In this document: piece by piece, positions 40,747 through 49,779 of the stretch
Layout of the letters: each line of letters opens with the position of its first letter
How positions within the stretch are numbered: the stretch's first letter is position 1
Assembly: GCA_045545475.1 (NCBI GenBank)
Contig: JAZQAZ010000041.1
Coordinates: forward strand, 32,001-96,000
Reading direction: 5' to 3'
From: Clostridia bacterium
GTDB taxonomy: Bacteria; Bacillota; Clostridia; CAKSNL01; HGM11501
DNA length: 64,000 bases
The notes under the pieces: generated by a model
The model's database searches: none
Seen by the model: the letters and a program-made list of their open reading frames with translations, nothing else
Told to the model about the DNA's origin: nothing
Program-made: the position numbers and the translations under genes

Positions 40747-41525
40747 CTCTTTTTATACTCACTTGGTGATATTCCTTCAAGCTCTCTGAAATTTCTGTTA
40801 AAGCTTGCAAGAGACGAAAAGCCCGAGGCAAGTGCCACATCAACCATCGAAACCTTTTTTCCTCTTTCTGCTATAAGTTCCTTGGCATAATTTATGCGAT
40901 ATGAAGCAAGTAATCTCCTGAAGTGCATATTTGTTACCGTATGTAAAGTATAGGATAAATATTTCTCGTTATAACCCAGCTTTTTTGCCAGGTCGCTCAA
41001 TGTTATATTTTCGCAGAAGTTATCCGAAATAAAATTTATCGCCTCCTGGATAAGTTCACCGTTTCCGGTTTTCTTTTCGACCCAGGAAATGTTTTTTGCG
41101 GCATCGGAACACGCTTCATAAAGAAACGAAGCTATCATAAGATAATCATTCCTTTTTACTTTCTCCAGTTTTTCTGTCCATAGGGTTTTATCACTCACCT
41201 TATATACCGGATTTTCCGGAAGAAAGCCCTCAATTTTTTCGAAAAAGATAGGAATAAAGTCATTTGAAAATATTGCTCCGCATACAGAATTTTCTTTTTC
41301 ATTAATATATTCATGGATACGGTGAGGAAGCACTATCACCGCTTCACCTTCATGCACATAATACCTTTCGCCGTCCATTATAACGGTGAGGCAGCCTGAC
41401 TTTACATAAATAATTTCCGTGAAATCATGAAGATGTGCCGCAATCGAATAATTTTCAGAAGAAGAACTCCAGAAATGATATTTTTTACCTGAATTCTGAT
41501 TCTGATATACAATCACGTCTATCAC
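40722..41525 (-). CDS. AraC family transcriptional regulator (cupin sensor plus HTH)
   Basis: HLHDFTEIIYV...HRIH cupin; ITLSDLA...YLS and VALASGFSSLASFNRNFR...PSEY. Divergent from module copy 3. Confidence 0.93.
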   Translation of the reverse strand: MIDVIVYQNQNSGKKYHFWSSSSENYSIAAHLHDFTEIIYVKSGCLTVIMDGERYYVHEGEAVIVLPHRIHEYINEKENSVCGAIFSNDFIPIFFEKIEGFLPENPVYKVSDKTLWTEKLEKVKRNDYLMIASFLYEACSDAAKNISWVEKKTGNGELIQEAINFISDNFCENITLSDLAKKLGYNEKYLSYTLHTVTNMHFRRLLASYRINYAKELIAERGKKVSMVDVALASGFSSLASFNRNFRELEGISPSEYKKRKNLGITK

Positions 41526-41592
41526 TCCTTAATCAATTCTAAATCAAACTTTTTCTCACAGATTAATATCGAAAATCTAACCTTTTGATTAT

Positions 41593-41639
41593 ATTATATC
41601 TTTTTTTTATTAGAATGTCAATTGCAATTATGCTATACT
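41593..41639. promoter_or_regulatory. Overlapping divergent promoters (araC and module copy 3)
   Basis: Minus strand TTGACA-17-TATAAT (41593-41621); plus strand TG-n-TATACT (41631-41639) with a poor -35 (TAGAAT). Confidence 0.65.
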
Positions 41640-41679
41640 TAATACAGAAGACTGTAGATAAATTAAAGGAGGAATAAAA

Positions 41680-44439
41680 TTGAAAAAGATACTTGCATTG
41701 GCACTTGCTTTCCTTATGCTTTGCTCATCTATGTCCTTTGCGGAAGAAAGAAAGTATACCGCAGCTGACATAACAATAAACGAAGGATGCAAAATATCAG
41801 GAAATCAACTTACCCATTTAAAGAGAGGAGAATATTTCGGCATCAAAGGTGTTGACCTTACAGGAATAAAATCCCTCTCTCTCCTCGTAAGTTCAGAAAC
41901 AGAAGCAAACGGAGAAACAATTGTTATAAAGGCCGACAACCATCTCTCGGGACAGGTTTTGGGTACAATTACAATTTCAGGCTCCCATAATAAGGAATAT
42001 CTGTCCACCTCTGTTTTTGAAATGAGCGGCGTGCACGACGTCTACTTCAAAGGCCTTTACGGAAGAGACAACTATGCCATGGATATATTTATAGAAGATA
42101 TTATCTTTTCAAGTGAAGAATACCAAAAGCCGGATCCGAAAAAAGAACAGGTATCCGACTCAGCAATAAAGGATTTTTATCTTGACACATGGGTTTCCAC
42201 CGACAGTTTAGGCCGAAAGGTTGCAGACTTCCCCGAAGTCGGTGCAGTTAAAGAAGGAACCAGAGAACTGGGATTATTATACTGGAACTGGTTTGGCAGA
42301 GGTAAAGGCAGCTACGGTATACTGGAAGATTTAAGAGACGCTCATCCCGAAGCTATGGATGACTTCTACCATCCCGCCTGGATAAAGGACGCAGCTTACT
42401 GGTGGAGCGAACCTGTATTTGACGTTTATTCCTCCCACGATTACTGGGTTTACAGAAAGCATGCAGAAATGCTTTCAATGGCAGGAGTTGACGTTATCCT
42501 CTTTGACTATTCAAACTCAGGCATTGTATACTCAGATGCCGTTGAAGTTTTGGCAAAGGCATTCCGTGATGCAAAAAGTGCCGGTGTAAAAGTTCCTAAA
42601 ATAACCGGTATGTATGCAATCGGCGACGACTCTGAGAGCAATATAAAGAGCTTATCTGCAACATATCACATTTTCTTCACGGAGAACGATTATTCCGACC
42701 TTTGGTTTTATATGGACGGAAAGCCAATGGTGTACACCTATAACAACGCTATACGCTCCGCCGAAAAGGGCGATACATACGAAGCAGAGCTGACGAAAAC
42801 ATTATCCGAATTTTTCACCTACAGAAAGAGCAGCTCAAGAAATGTATATACGCCCGCGCCTAACGGCACAGATTATGAAGATGAAACCTGGTTCTGGCTT
42901 GAAAACTTCCCGCAGCCCATAAGAGGAACAACAGAAAACGGAAGACCTGCCTTTGTTGTTGTGGGTACTGCAATCAATCAGTCAACAATATACGGCACAG
43001 GCGTAACAGGTGTTTTATCCGATCCCTATTCCAAAGGCAGAGGTTTTTCCGAGGTATTCGGCGAGGATTATTCAGAAAACGGAAAGAGAATGGGTTACTT
43101 CTTCCGTGAGCAATCGGCACTGGCTCTTACAGCCGACCCCGAATTTATACTTGTTGACGGCTGGAACGAATGGCGTGCCACAAGATTTTCATCCTACGGA
43201 GTATTCTCAGGCGGCAACATCTTTGTTGACAGCTTCGACTCAGAAAACAGCCGTGACTTTGAACCCTCGAGAGGCCCTCTTAAGGATGATTATTTCAACC
43301 TTTTAGTAGACTTTTCAAGAAAATACAAAGGTGTACGTCCCGCCCCCGTAGCTGCCGGTGCAAAGACCATCGATATGACAGGCGATGCAGCTCAATGGAA
43401 TACTGTAGGGCCCACCTTTTACAATTTTGACCAGAGCTATGAACGTGATTCTTTGGGCTATTACGCTCCCGGAACCACCGAGCAGATGCATTATACCACA
43501 AATGTTGACAACGCCATAATGACCTCCAAGGCAACTTTTGATACCGAGAATATATACTTCCTTGCAAAAACCAAGGATACCCTGAAAGACTCAGAAGGCT
43601 TTATGAATCTTTATATCAACACTGACAGAAACTATGCCACCGGCTGGGAAGGCTATGACTTTGCCGTTAACCTTTCAGGAAAAGGCACTATCTCAAAGTT
43701 TTCCTCTTCCTCATTTACCCCTGAATCAATCGGAAGCGTCGCATACAAGGAAGATGTTAACTATATAATGATTTCTGTTCCGAGAGTATTGATTGGAGAA
43801 ACAGGAACCGTTGACCTTGAATTCAAGTGGACAGACGGAATTAAAAATGACGGAGACCTTTTAACTTTTTACGAGACAGGTTCTGTAGCTCCCTACGGAC
43901 GTTTTAACTATCTGTTTACAGAAATCGAACAAACCTCCCTGTCCTCAGACGAAAGAAATGCTTTAAATGGAGTATCTATACTTAAAGCTGAAGCAGACAA
44001 CATGATTGTTTCAGGCAGTAAAATGAAAATTTACGAAGCTGACTTAAGAATCAAAGCTTATGAGGCAAACGGAACTCTTTACGTTCCCGGCGATTCACTC
44101 CTTGAAATTCTCGGATATGGAAGAAGTAAGGTTGAATACGATCCTTCTTATAACAGCTACTTTATTTACTATTTTGAAATGAACGACTCACTTACAGAAG
44201 TAACAACCAACCGCTTCGCAATGAGCACTTTAGACTCATCAAGCGTATATGTTGACGGAAAAACCCTTCCCTTAAGTGCTCCGGTAACTTCAAAGAACGG
44301 AATAATTTATGTTCCTCTTTCCCTTTTATCAGAGGCTTTCGGCTTTACGGTAACAAATATCGGAGGCGGCATTTACACCGTTTCAGAAAACACACCGGAT
44401 GTAAATCTTATCACGTCCGTATCCGGACATCTTAATTAA
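41680..44439 (+). CDS. Secreted GH99/GH71-like glycoside hydrolase with CBM6-like and stalk domains (third paralog)
   Basis: TTG start after GGAGG; signal peptide; GVDLTG...SGVHDVY; YWNW, WSEP, HAEMLSMAGVD, GWNEW, RDFEP, NYATGWEGYDF, NGIIYVPL. Confidence 0.7.
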   Translation: MKKILALALAFLMLCSSMSFAEERKYTAADITINEGCKISGNQLTHLKRGEYFGIKGVDLTGIKSLSLLVSSETEANGETIVIKADNHLSGQVLGTITISGSHNKEYLSTSVFEMSGVHDVYFKGLYGRDNYAMDIFIEDIIFSSEEYQKPDPKKEQVSDSAIKDFYLDTWVSTDSLGRKVADFPEVGAVKEGTRELGLLYWNWFGRGKGSYGILEDLRDAHPEAMDDFYHPAWIKDAAYWWSEPVFDVYSSHDYWVYRKHAEMLSMAGVDVILFDYSNSGIVYSDAVEVLAKAFRDAKSAGVKVPKITGMYAIGDDSESNIKSLSATYHIFFTENDYSDLWFYMDGKPMVYTYNNAIRSAEKGDTYEAELTKTLSEFFTYRKSSSRNVYTPAPNGTDYEDETWFWLENFPQPIRGTTENGRPAFVVVGTAINQSTIYGTGVTGVLSDPYSKGRGFSEVFGEDYSENGKRMGYFFREQSALALTADPEFILVDGWNEWRATRFSSYGVFSGGNIFVDSFDSENSRDFEPSRGPLKDDYFNLLVDFSRKYKGVRPAPVAAGAKTIDMTGDAAQWNTVGPTFYNFDQSYERDSLGYYAPGTTEQMHYTTNVDNAIMTSKATFDTENIYFLAKTKDTLKDSEGFMNLYINTDRNYATGWEGYDFAVNLSGKGTISKFSSSSFTPESIGSVAYKEDVNYIMISVPRVLIGETGTVDLEFKWTDGIKNDGDLLTFYETGSVAPYGRFNYLFTEIEQTSLSSDERNALNGVSILKAEADNMIVSGSKMKIYEADLRIKAYEANGTLYVPGDSLLEILGYGRSKVEYDPSYNSYFIYYFEMNDSLTEVTTNRFAMSTLDSSSVYVDGKTLPLSAPVTSKNGIIYVPLSLLSEAFGFTVTNIGGGIYTVSENTPDVNLITSVSGHLN

Positions 44440-44453
44440 AGGAGGCGAAGATT

Positions 44454-46514
44454 ATGAAAAAAGTATTAGCTTTTATACTGGTTATAACAACGGCTTTATC
44501 ATTATGTTCCATTTTCTCCTTCGCCGAGGGCGATATGCCGGATACCACCACAACGGCAACGGCAACAGAAGGTCAGTCTCCCATTATGTCCATCACAGGC
44601 CTTCCCACAGTTGACAGAACAAACTGGACTGTCACAGTAAACACCACCCGTCCCAATTGTGCGGAAAGAGTGCTTGATGGGAATGACAAAACCTTCTGGC
44701 ATTCAAATTATATGGATGAAGGCGGCGTAATTTACGCAAGAGATGAAGCCCCCTACACCATGGAATTCACATTTCCGGAAGAAACCTCTATTTCCGGTTT
44801 CATTTTACTCCCCCGTCCTGACGGTACAACCGGAAAAATAATTTCGCTCTATTTCGAAGCATCTGAAACGGATTTCGGAGAATTCGAAAGAATCACAGAG
44901 GATATAACCTTAGGAGCACATAACAAGGAAATTATTCTTCCTTACAACATAAGTGCAAAAAGAATTAAAATGACCATCCTCTCGGGCGACAAAGGCTATG
45001 GTACCCTTGCTGAATTTTACGCAATAAAAGCAGACAGCAAAAAGACCGAAGCGTCTTACTCAGAAGTATTAGAATCAGAAGTATCCATCCCCGTTGACAA
45101 AACTGTAACAGGAAAAGCGGCCGACAATCAAACCCCGGTTTCTGCTCTTAACGGCCTTTCCTCCGTTGACAGAACAGGCTGGATTGTAAAGGTGGATTCC
45201 GCCCGTCCCAACACCGCTGAGAAAATGCTTGATGGTGACAAGTCAACCTTCTGGCATTCAAACTTTGAAACCGCAAACGAAGCTGTTGTCTCAGCCGATG
45301 AGGCTCCCTTCACCCTTGAATTCATCCTTCCAGAGGAGGCGGAAATTTCCGGATTTATATTGTTCCCGAGAACCGACCTCAATATCGGCAGAATAGCTTC
45401 CGCTTATTTTGAGGTTGCTAAAGACGATACATCGGAATATTTCAAAATTACCGACGAGCTTTCATTTGAGACAAGTGCAAATCAGCAGGAAGTGGTTTTT
45501 GCCTCCAATATAAAAGTCAAAAAGATTAAAATGACCATAACCAATGGAAGCGGTGGCAAGGGAACACTGGCTGAATTTTACTGCATTTCACCAAGCGAAG
45601 AGTACAACACCGTAAGCTACGAAGAATTTTTAGAAAATGAAAAAGAAAACAAGCTTTATATAGTTGATAAAGCCTCCATAACCGTGGAATGCGACTACCC
45701 CATATGGTCTACCAACAACATCGCCAAAGTAACTGACGGCCTTACTACCAGCATCTGGCAGACAGATACTATTTCAGAATCCTACGCTCCTCCCATTTTA
45801 ATTGATTTCGGCAAAGTTCAAAGATTGGTTCGTATGGATTACACTCCCCGTCAGACAGAGGACTACGACGGTTTCTGGTATACCTACGACGTATACGGAA
45901 GTGTCGATGGAGATAACTGGTTTGACGTTGAAACAAATGTAATGAACGAAAAAAGCCTTCTTACCCACTCCCTTATATTCGACGAAGAGATAAGCGTAAG
46001 ATACCTTGAAATTAACGTAACAAAATATCACAATAACCGTGTTTCTGCCGCAGAGCTTACATTCTATCAGACAAGGGAAGCATATGAAGCCTCCGGCGTG
46101 GGAGCTTTCGGAAACTATGAACTCACGATAGGCAAAAAATCCATCCTTATCGAAAAAGGCGGAGAGGTAACTGAAAAAGAAATTGACGTCGCTCCCTACA
46201 TTGTCGGAGGAACCACACTAATCCCCTTGAGAGGATTGCTTGAGGAAATGGGTGCAGAAATTTCCTGGAACGGTGAAAAGAGTGAAGTAACCATAAAAGC
46301 ACAGAACAAGGAAATAGTTCTTCAGATTTGGAATAAACGTGTATATGTTAAGGATAACCGCTACGGAAACATCATGTATACTCTTCTCACGTATCCGGTA
46401 ATAAAGGATTCCCGTACATTTATTCCGCTGAGATTTGTTTCGGAACAGCTTGGCTATAATGTAGAATGGATCGGCGAAACTCAAACCATAAAAATAACTG
46501 CTCCGGAAAAATAA
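44454..46514 (+). CDS. Secreted protein with 3 F5/8 type C (CBM32-like) domains and C-terminal stalk domain
   Basis: Signal peptide; LDGNDKTFWHS, LDGDKSTFWHS, TDGLTTSIWQT; TLIPLRGLLEEMGAEISW, RTFIPLRFVSEQLGYNVEW. Confidence 0.85.
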   Translation: MKKVLAFILVITTALSLCSIFSFAEGDMPDTTTTATATEGQSPIMSITGLPTVDRTNWTVTVNTTRPNCAERVLDGNDKTFWHSNYMDEGGVIYARDEAPYTMEFTFPEETSISGFILLPRPDGTTGKIISLYFEASETDFGEFERITEDITLGAHNKEIILPYNISAKRIKMTILSGDKGYGTLAEFYAIKADSKKTEASYSEVLESEVSIPVDKTVTGKAADNQTPVSALNGLSSVDRTGWIVKVDSARPNTAEKMLDGDKSTFWHSNFETANEAVVSADEAPFTLEFILPEEAEISGFILFPRTDLNIGRIASAYFEVAKDDTSEYFKITDELSFETSANQQEVVFASNIKVKKIKMTITNGSGGKGTLAEFYCISPSEEYNTVSYEEFLENEKENKLYIVDKASITVECDYPIWSTNNIAKVTDGLTTSIWQTDTISESYAPPILIDFGKVQRLVRMDYTPRQTEDYDGFWYTYDVYGSVDGDNWFDVETNVMNEKSLLTHSLIFDEEISVRYLEINVTKYHNNRVSAAELTFYQTREAYEASGVGAFGNYELTIGKKSILIEKGGEVTEKEIDVAPYIVGGTTLIPLRGLLEEMGAEISWNGEKSEVTIKAQNKEIVLQIWNKRVYVKDNRYGNIMYTLLTYPVIKDSRTFIPLRFVSEQLGYNVEWIGETQTIKITAPEK

Positions 46515-46516
46515 AG

Positions 46517-46550
46517 AAGTAAAACCGCCGAAAGGCGGTTTTACTTTTTT
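46517..46550. terminator. Bidirectional terminator
   Basis: AAGTAAAACCGCC-gaaa-GGCGGTTTTACTT. Confidence 0.85.
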
Positions 46551-48252
46551 ATTTAAGTTTAAGTTCGGCTTCTCTTTTTTCCTCATCAAAGCTTACTTCT
46601 CCATACACAGAAAGACTTCTGAAATATATGTGGGTATAGCCTTCTGCATTGAAAGATTCACATTGTTCATTATCCAGATATGCCACAATATCTGTGGAAA
46701 GCACATCTGAAATATAAGAGCCTATCTCTTCCTTTTCTCCCTCACTTGAGTAGGTGGATTTAATTTCTCCTCTATTATATATAACAGAGACCGTTCTCTT
46801 TTCTTCATCAAAAGTCACTTCAAATCCAAACTCTCTTAAGTCCTTTAACGCAATGGCCATTTTCCCGCCTATATTAACGGCTTTAATCTCTTTTCCGTTT
46901 ATATACGCTCTGATATCTGTCGAAACCACTTCTCCGATTTTTACGCCCATTTCAGGCTTTTCAGCGGGAGGTGTGTTTTCTTCTCCCGGTTTTTCCGAAG
47001 GCTTTTGATTCTCAATCCAAAGTTCGGGGTTCTTTCCGTTAAATGTCCAAACATCATCCGGAAATTCCTCAAGATTTTCCTCGGATATAAATTGATTTAA
47101 AATATAGCTTTTTATAAACGAACTATTAATTTTTTCCGCTTTCAAAGGCAGAATATCCTGATCATCCTCTTCTGCAAGAGTATATCCTAATGCCTTTTCG
47201 CATCGGTCTTCGGCATAGTAAGCATTTTCAATTTCACCGTATTCGGGTAAATCAGAATCCTCGGACAGCGGTGAATTTATCCCTACAATAGCTCCTCCAT
47301 ATTCTCCTGAGACAAATCCCTTAAAATATACCGATGTCAAAGAGCCGTAGCTTGCTCCTGCGATGCCGCCTGCAGCCTTGTCCGAAACAACACTTCCCAC
47401 AGAATACACATACTCAAGTTCACTGAACTCATCCATATATCCGGCAATTCCGCCCGAATAGCTTTCTGCCTCTATTATTTCATCGCTGTAAGCATTCCTG
47501 ATTACGCTATCTACCATGCGGCCAATAATGCCTCCTGCTGTAAGAATACCCTTTACATCACATTTTGATGTTACGGCATTGACGCTTGATAACGATACAT
47601 AGCCTGATACTCCGCCTGCGTTACCCATTGATACAATTTCCGTATTGCTTACAGCATTATTAAGTGAGCTTTTATGAAGACTTCCCGCAATACCGCCGAT
47701 ATTTTCTTTGCCGTAGGCAAAACCTTCGGAAGACACATTTTCAATTTTTGAACTCTCGGCAAATCCGACTATTACGCCGACATCGCTTCTTCCCCATAAA
47801 AAAGATTTTTCAACATTTAAGTTTTTGATTTCCCCATCTTTTACATATCCGAAAAGGCCCACATAGTTTTTTGCCGTATCGGACACATAAAGTCCTGTTA
47901 TTGTTTTTCCGTTTCCGTCAAATGTTCCCTTAAAAAATGTTCTTGCATTTCCTATGGGTTTCCAGATATTTTCAGGTGGATTTTCCTCCCATGAATAAAA
48001 TTTATCCGTCGAATTTAACGAAATATCTTCCTTAAGAAGAAAATGTTTTCCTGAAAAGCTTTCTCCGTCATAGACCATATCTGACAAAAGAGCCAGATCT
48101 TCAGCCGTTTCTATAAGATACGGCGATTTTACGCTTCCCTCTCCTTTAAAGCTTTCAGATGCCTCTCCGCTCCATATCTCACTTTCCGCAGCAACAGCAA
48201 ATAAATTAAATACAAACATTGCCGCAAACAAAAATGCAAATATTTTCTTCAT
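46549..48252 (-). CDS. Secreted GLUG-motif beta-helix surface protein with duplicated C-terminal domain
   Basis: Signal peptide from ATG 48252; GEGSVKSPYLIETAEDL, FKGTFDGNGKTITGL, repeated GGIAG; two C-terminal STDIxAY repeats. Confidence 0.75.
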   Translation of the reverse strand: MKKIFAFLFAAMFVFNLFAVAAESEIWSGEASESFKGEGSVKSPYLIETAEDLALLSDMVYDGESFSGKHFLLKEDISLNSTDKFYSWEENPPENIWKPIGNARTFFKGTFDGNGKTITGLYVSDTAKNYVGLFGYVKDGEIKNLNVEKSFLWGRSDVGVIVGFAESSKIENVSSEGFAYGKENIGGIAGSLHKSSLNNAVSNTEIVSMGNAGGVSGYVSLSSVNAVTSKCDVKGILTAGGIIGRMVDSVIRNAYSDEIIEAESYSGGIAGYMDEFSELEYVYSVGSVVSDKAAGGIAGASYGSLTSVYFKGFVSGEYGGAIVGINSPLSEDSDLPEYGEIENAYYAEDRCEKALGYTLAEEDDQDILPLKAEKINSSFIKSYILNQFISEENLEEFPDDVWTFNGKNPELWIENQKPSEKPGEENTPPAEKPEMGVKIGEVVSTDIRAYINGKEIKAVNIGGKMAIALKDLREFGFEVTFDEEKRTVSVIYNRGEIKSTYSSEGEKEEIGSYISDVLSTDIVAYLDNEQCESFNAEGYTHIYFRSLSVYGEVSFDEEKREAELKLK

Positions 48253-48323
48253 GTGTTTGCTCCTTTCTTTCCACGAAAAAGTGTAACATATTATCAAGGC
48301 TTAGTCAATGGTATATAAAGGAA

Positions 48324-48563
48324 TCACAAAACCTTATACATATCTGCCGCATTTTCCTTTCTTACGGTTTCGGCAACTGAAAGAATTTCAACCTTTACGG
48401 TTTTTTCACCAAAGGTAATTTCCAGCACATCTCCAACCTTGACATCCGCTCCCGGTTTTGCAATTTTTCCGTTTACCGTAACACGACTTCCCGAACAAGC
48501 CTCCTGAGCCACCGTTCTTCTCTTTATTATTCTGGATACCTTAAGGTATTTATCAAGTCTCAT
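48324..48563 (-). CDS. yabO: S4 domain RNA-binding protein (YabO/RqcP)
   Basis: MRLDKYLKVSRIIKRRTVA; conserved position after hup. Confidence 0.9.
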   Translation of the reverse strand: MRLDKYLKVSRIIKRRTVAQEACSGSRVTVNGKIAKPGADVKVGDVLEITFGEKTVKVEILSVAETVRKENAADMYKVL

Positions 48564-48583
48564 AACTAAACTTCCTTTCATGT

Positions 48584-48618
48584 AAAAAAATCGTCTGTCC
48601 GAAGACAGACGATTTTTT
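48584..48618 (-). terminator. Terminator after hup
   Basis: AAAAAATCGTCTGTC-cgaa-GACAGACGATTTTTT. Confidence 0.8.
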
Positions 48619-48626
48619 ATGACAAC

Positions 48627-48899
48627 TTATTTTACGATGTCTTTAAGAGCCTTACCAGCCTTAAAAGCGGGAACTGTTGTTGCAGGAATCTTAACTTCTG
48701 CACCAGTCTGGGGGTTCTTACCAACACGTGCAGCACGCTTTCTTGCTTCGAAAGTACCGAAACCAACTAAAGCGATCTTGTCACCCTTCTTAAGTGTCTC
48801 TGCTACTACATCTGTGAAAGCAGCAAGAGCCTTTTCAGCGTCCTTCTTGGAAAGGCCTGTCTTTTCTACCATTGCCATTACAAGTTCTGTCTTGTTCAT
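48627..48899 (-). CDS. hup: DNA-binding protein HU
   Basis: MNKTELV, GFGTFE...R.ARVGKNPQTG, PAFKAGKALK. Confidence 0.97.
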   Translation of the reverse strand: MNKTELVMAMVEKTGLSKKDAEKALAAFTDVVAETLKKGDKIALVGFGTFEARKRAARVGKNPQTGAEVKIPATTVPAFKAGKALKDIVK

Positions 48900-48936
48900 T
48901 TGTTTTTCCTCCTTTATAAAAAGTATTTAATATAAG

Positions 48937-48965
48937 TAATTCGCCATAAAATGCGAAATTCCTTT
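48937..48965 (-). promoter_or_regulatory. sigmaH-type promoter of hup
   Basis: AAAGGAATT-11-GGCGAATTA matches the RNAGGAWWW-11/12-RNNGAATWW consensus. Confidence 0.65.
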
Positions 48966-48992
48966 TTTTTCAAGGCTTTTTTTCCTTCATTT

Positions 48993-49766
48993 TTACAGTT
49001 TTTTAGCTTTTTCCCACAGCTCGTCTTTTATCTTCATATCAACAGAGGCAAAGTCCTCTTCTCCGTCGTAGAGCTGTTCCATTTTTTCAAAGCGTGAAAC
49101 AAACTTTTTGTTTGCAGCCATCAAAGCCTTTTCCGGATCAATGGAAAGCTTTCTTGCAAGATTTGCAACCGCAAATAGCAAATCCCCGATTTCTTCTTCC
49201 ACGTTTCCTTTACCTGCCAGGGCGTCCTCCACCTCAGCTATTTCTTCTTTGATTTTAGGAATTACGGCGTTGGCATCCTTCCAGTCAAAACCGGCTTTGC
49301 CGGCACGCTTCTGAATCTTTTCCGCACGGGTTAATGCAGGAAGAGCTTTAACCACATCTTTTAAATCCTGAGCGTAGGATGTAAAGCCTTTTTCAACGCT
49401 TTTTATCTTCTCCCATTTTACCAAAACTTCACTGCTTTTGTCAAGTGTTTTTTCGTCATTTTCCCTAAAAACATGCGGATGACGCCTTACCATCTTCTCA
49501 TAAACGTTTCCTGCCACATCATCCAGGTCATATTTACCATCTTCCTCGGCAATGATCGCATGAAATACCACCTGCATCAAAACGTCTCCAAGCTCATCCA
49601 TAGTCTTTTCATCGTTGCCTTCGTCAATGGCATCAAAGGTCTCATATGCCTCTTCGAGCATGTTCATTTTTATTGAATCGTGAGTCTGCTCTCTGTCCCA
49701 GGGGCAACCACCGGGTGCACGAAGAGTTTTTATAAGTTCCACAAATTCATACACATTCTTTTTCAT
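48993..49766 (-). CDS. mazG: Nucleoside triphosphate pyrophosphohydrolase MazG
   Basis: LRAPGGCPWDREQT, ELGDVLMQ, RRHPHVF, EEIGDLLF. Confidence 0.95.
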   Translation of the reverse strand: MKKNVYEFVELIKTLRAPGGCPWDREQTHDSIKMNMLEEAYETFDAIDEGNDEKTMDELGDVLMQVVFHAIIAEEDGKYDLDDVAGNVYEKMVRRHPHVFRENDEKTLDKSSEVLVKWEKIKSVEKGFTSYAQDLKDVVKALPALTRAEKIQKRAGKAGFDWKDANAVIPKIKEEIAEVEDALAGKGNVEEEIGDLLFAVANLARKLSIDPEKALMAANKKFVSRFEKMEQLYDGEEDFASVDMKIKDELWEKAKKL

Positions 49767-49779
49767 AATGTTCTCCTTA

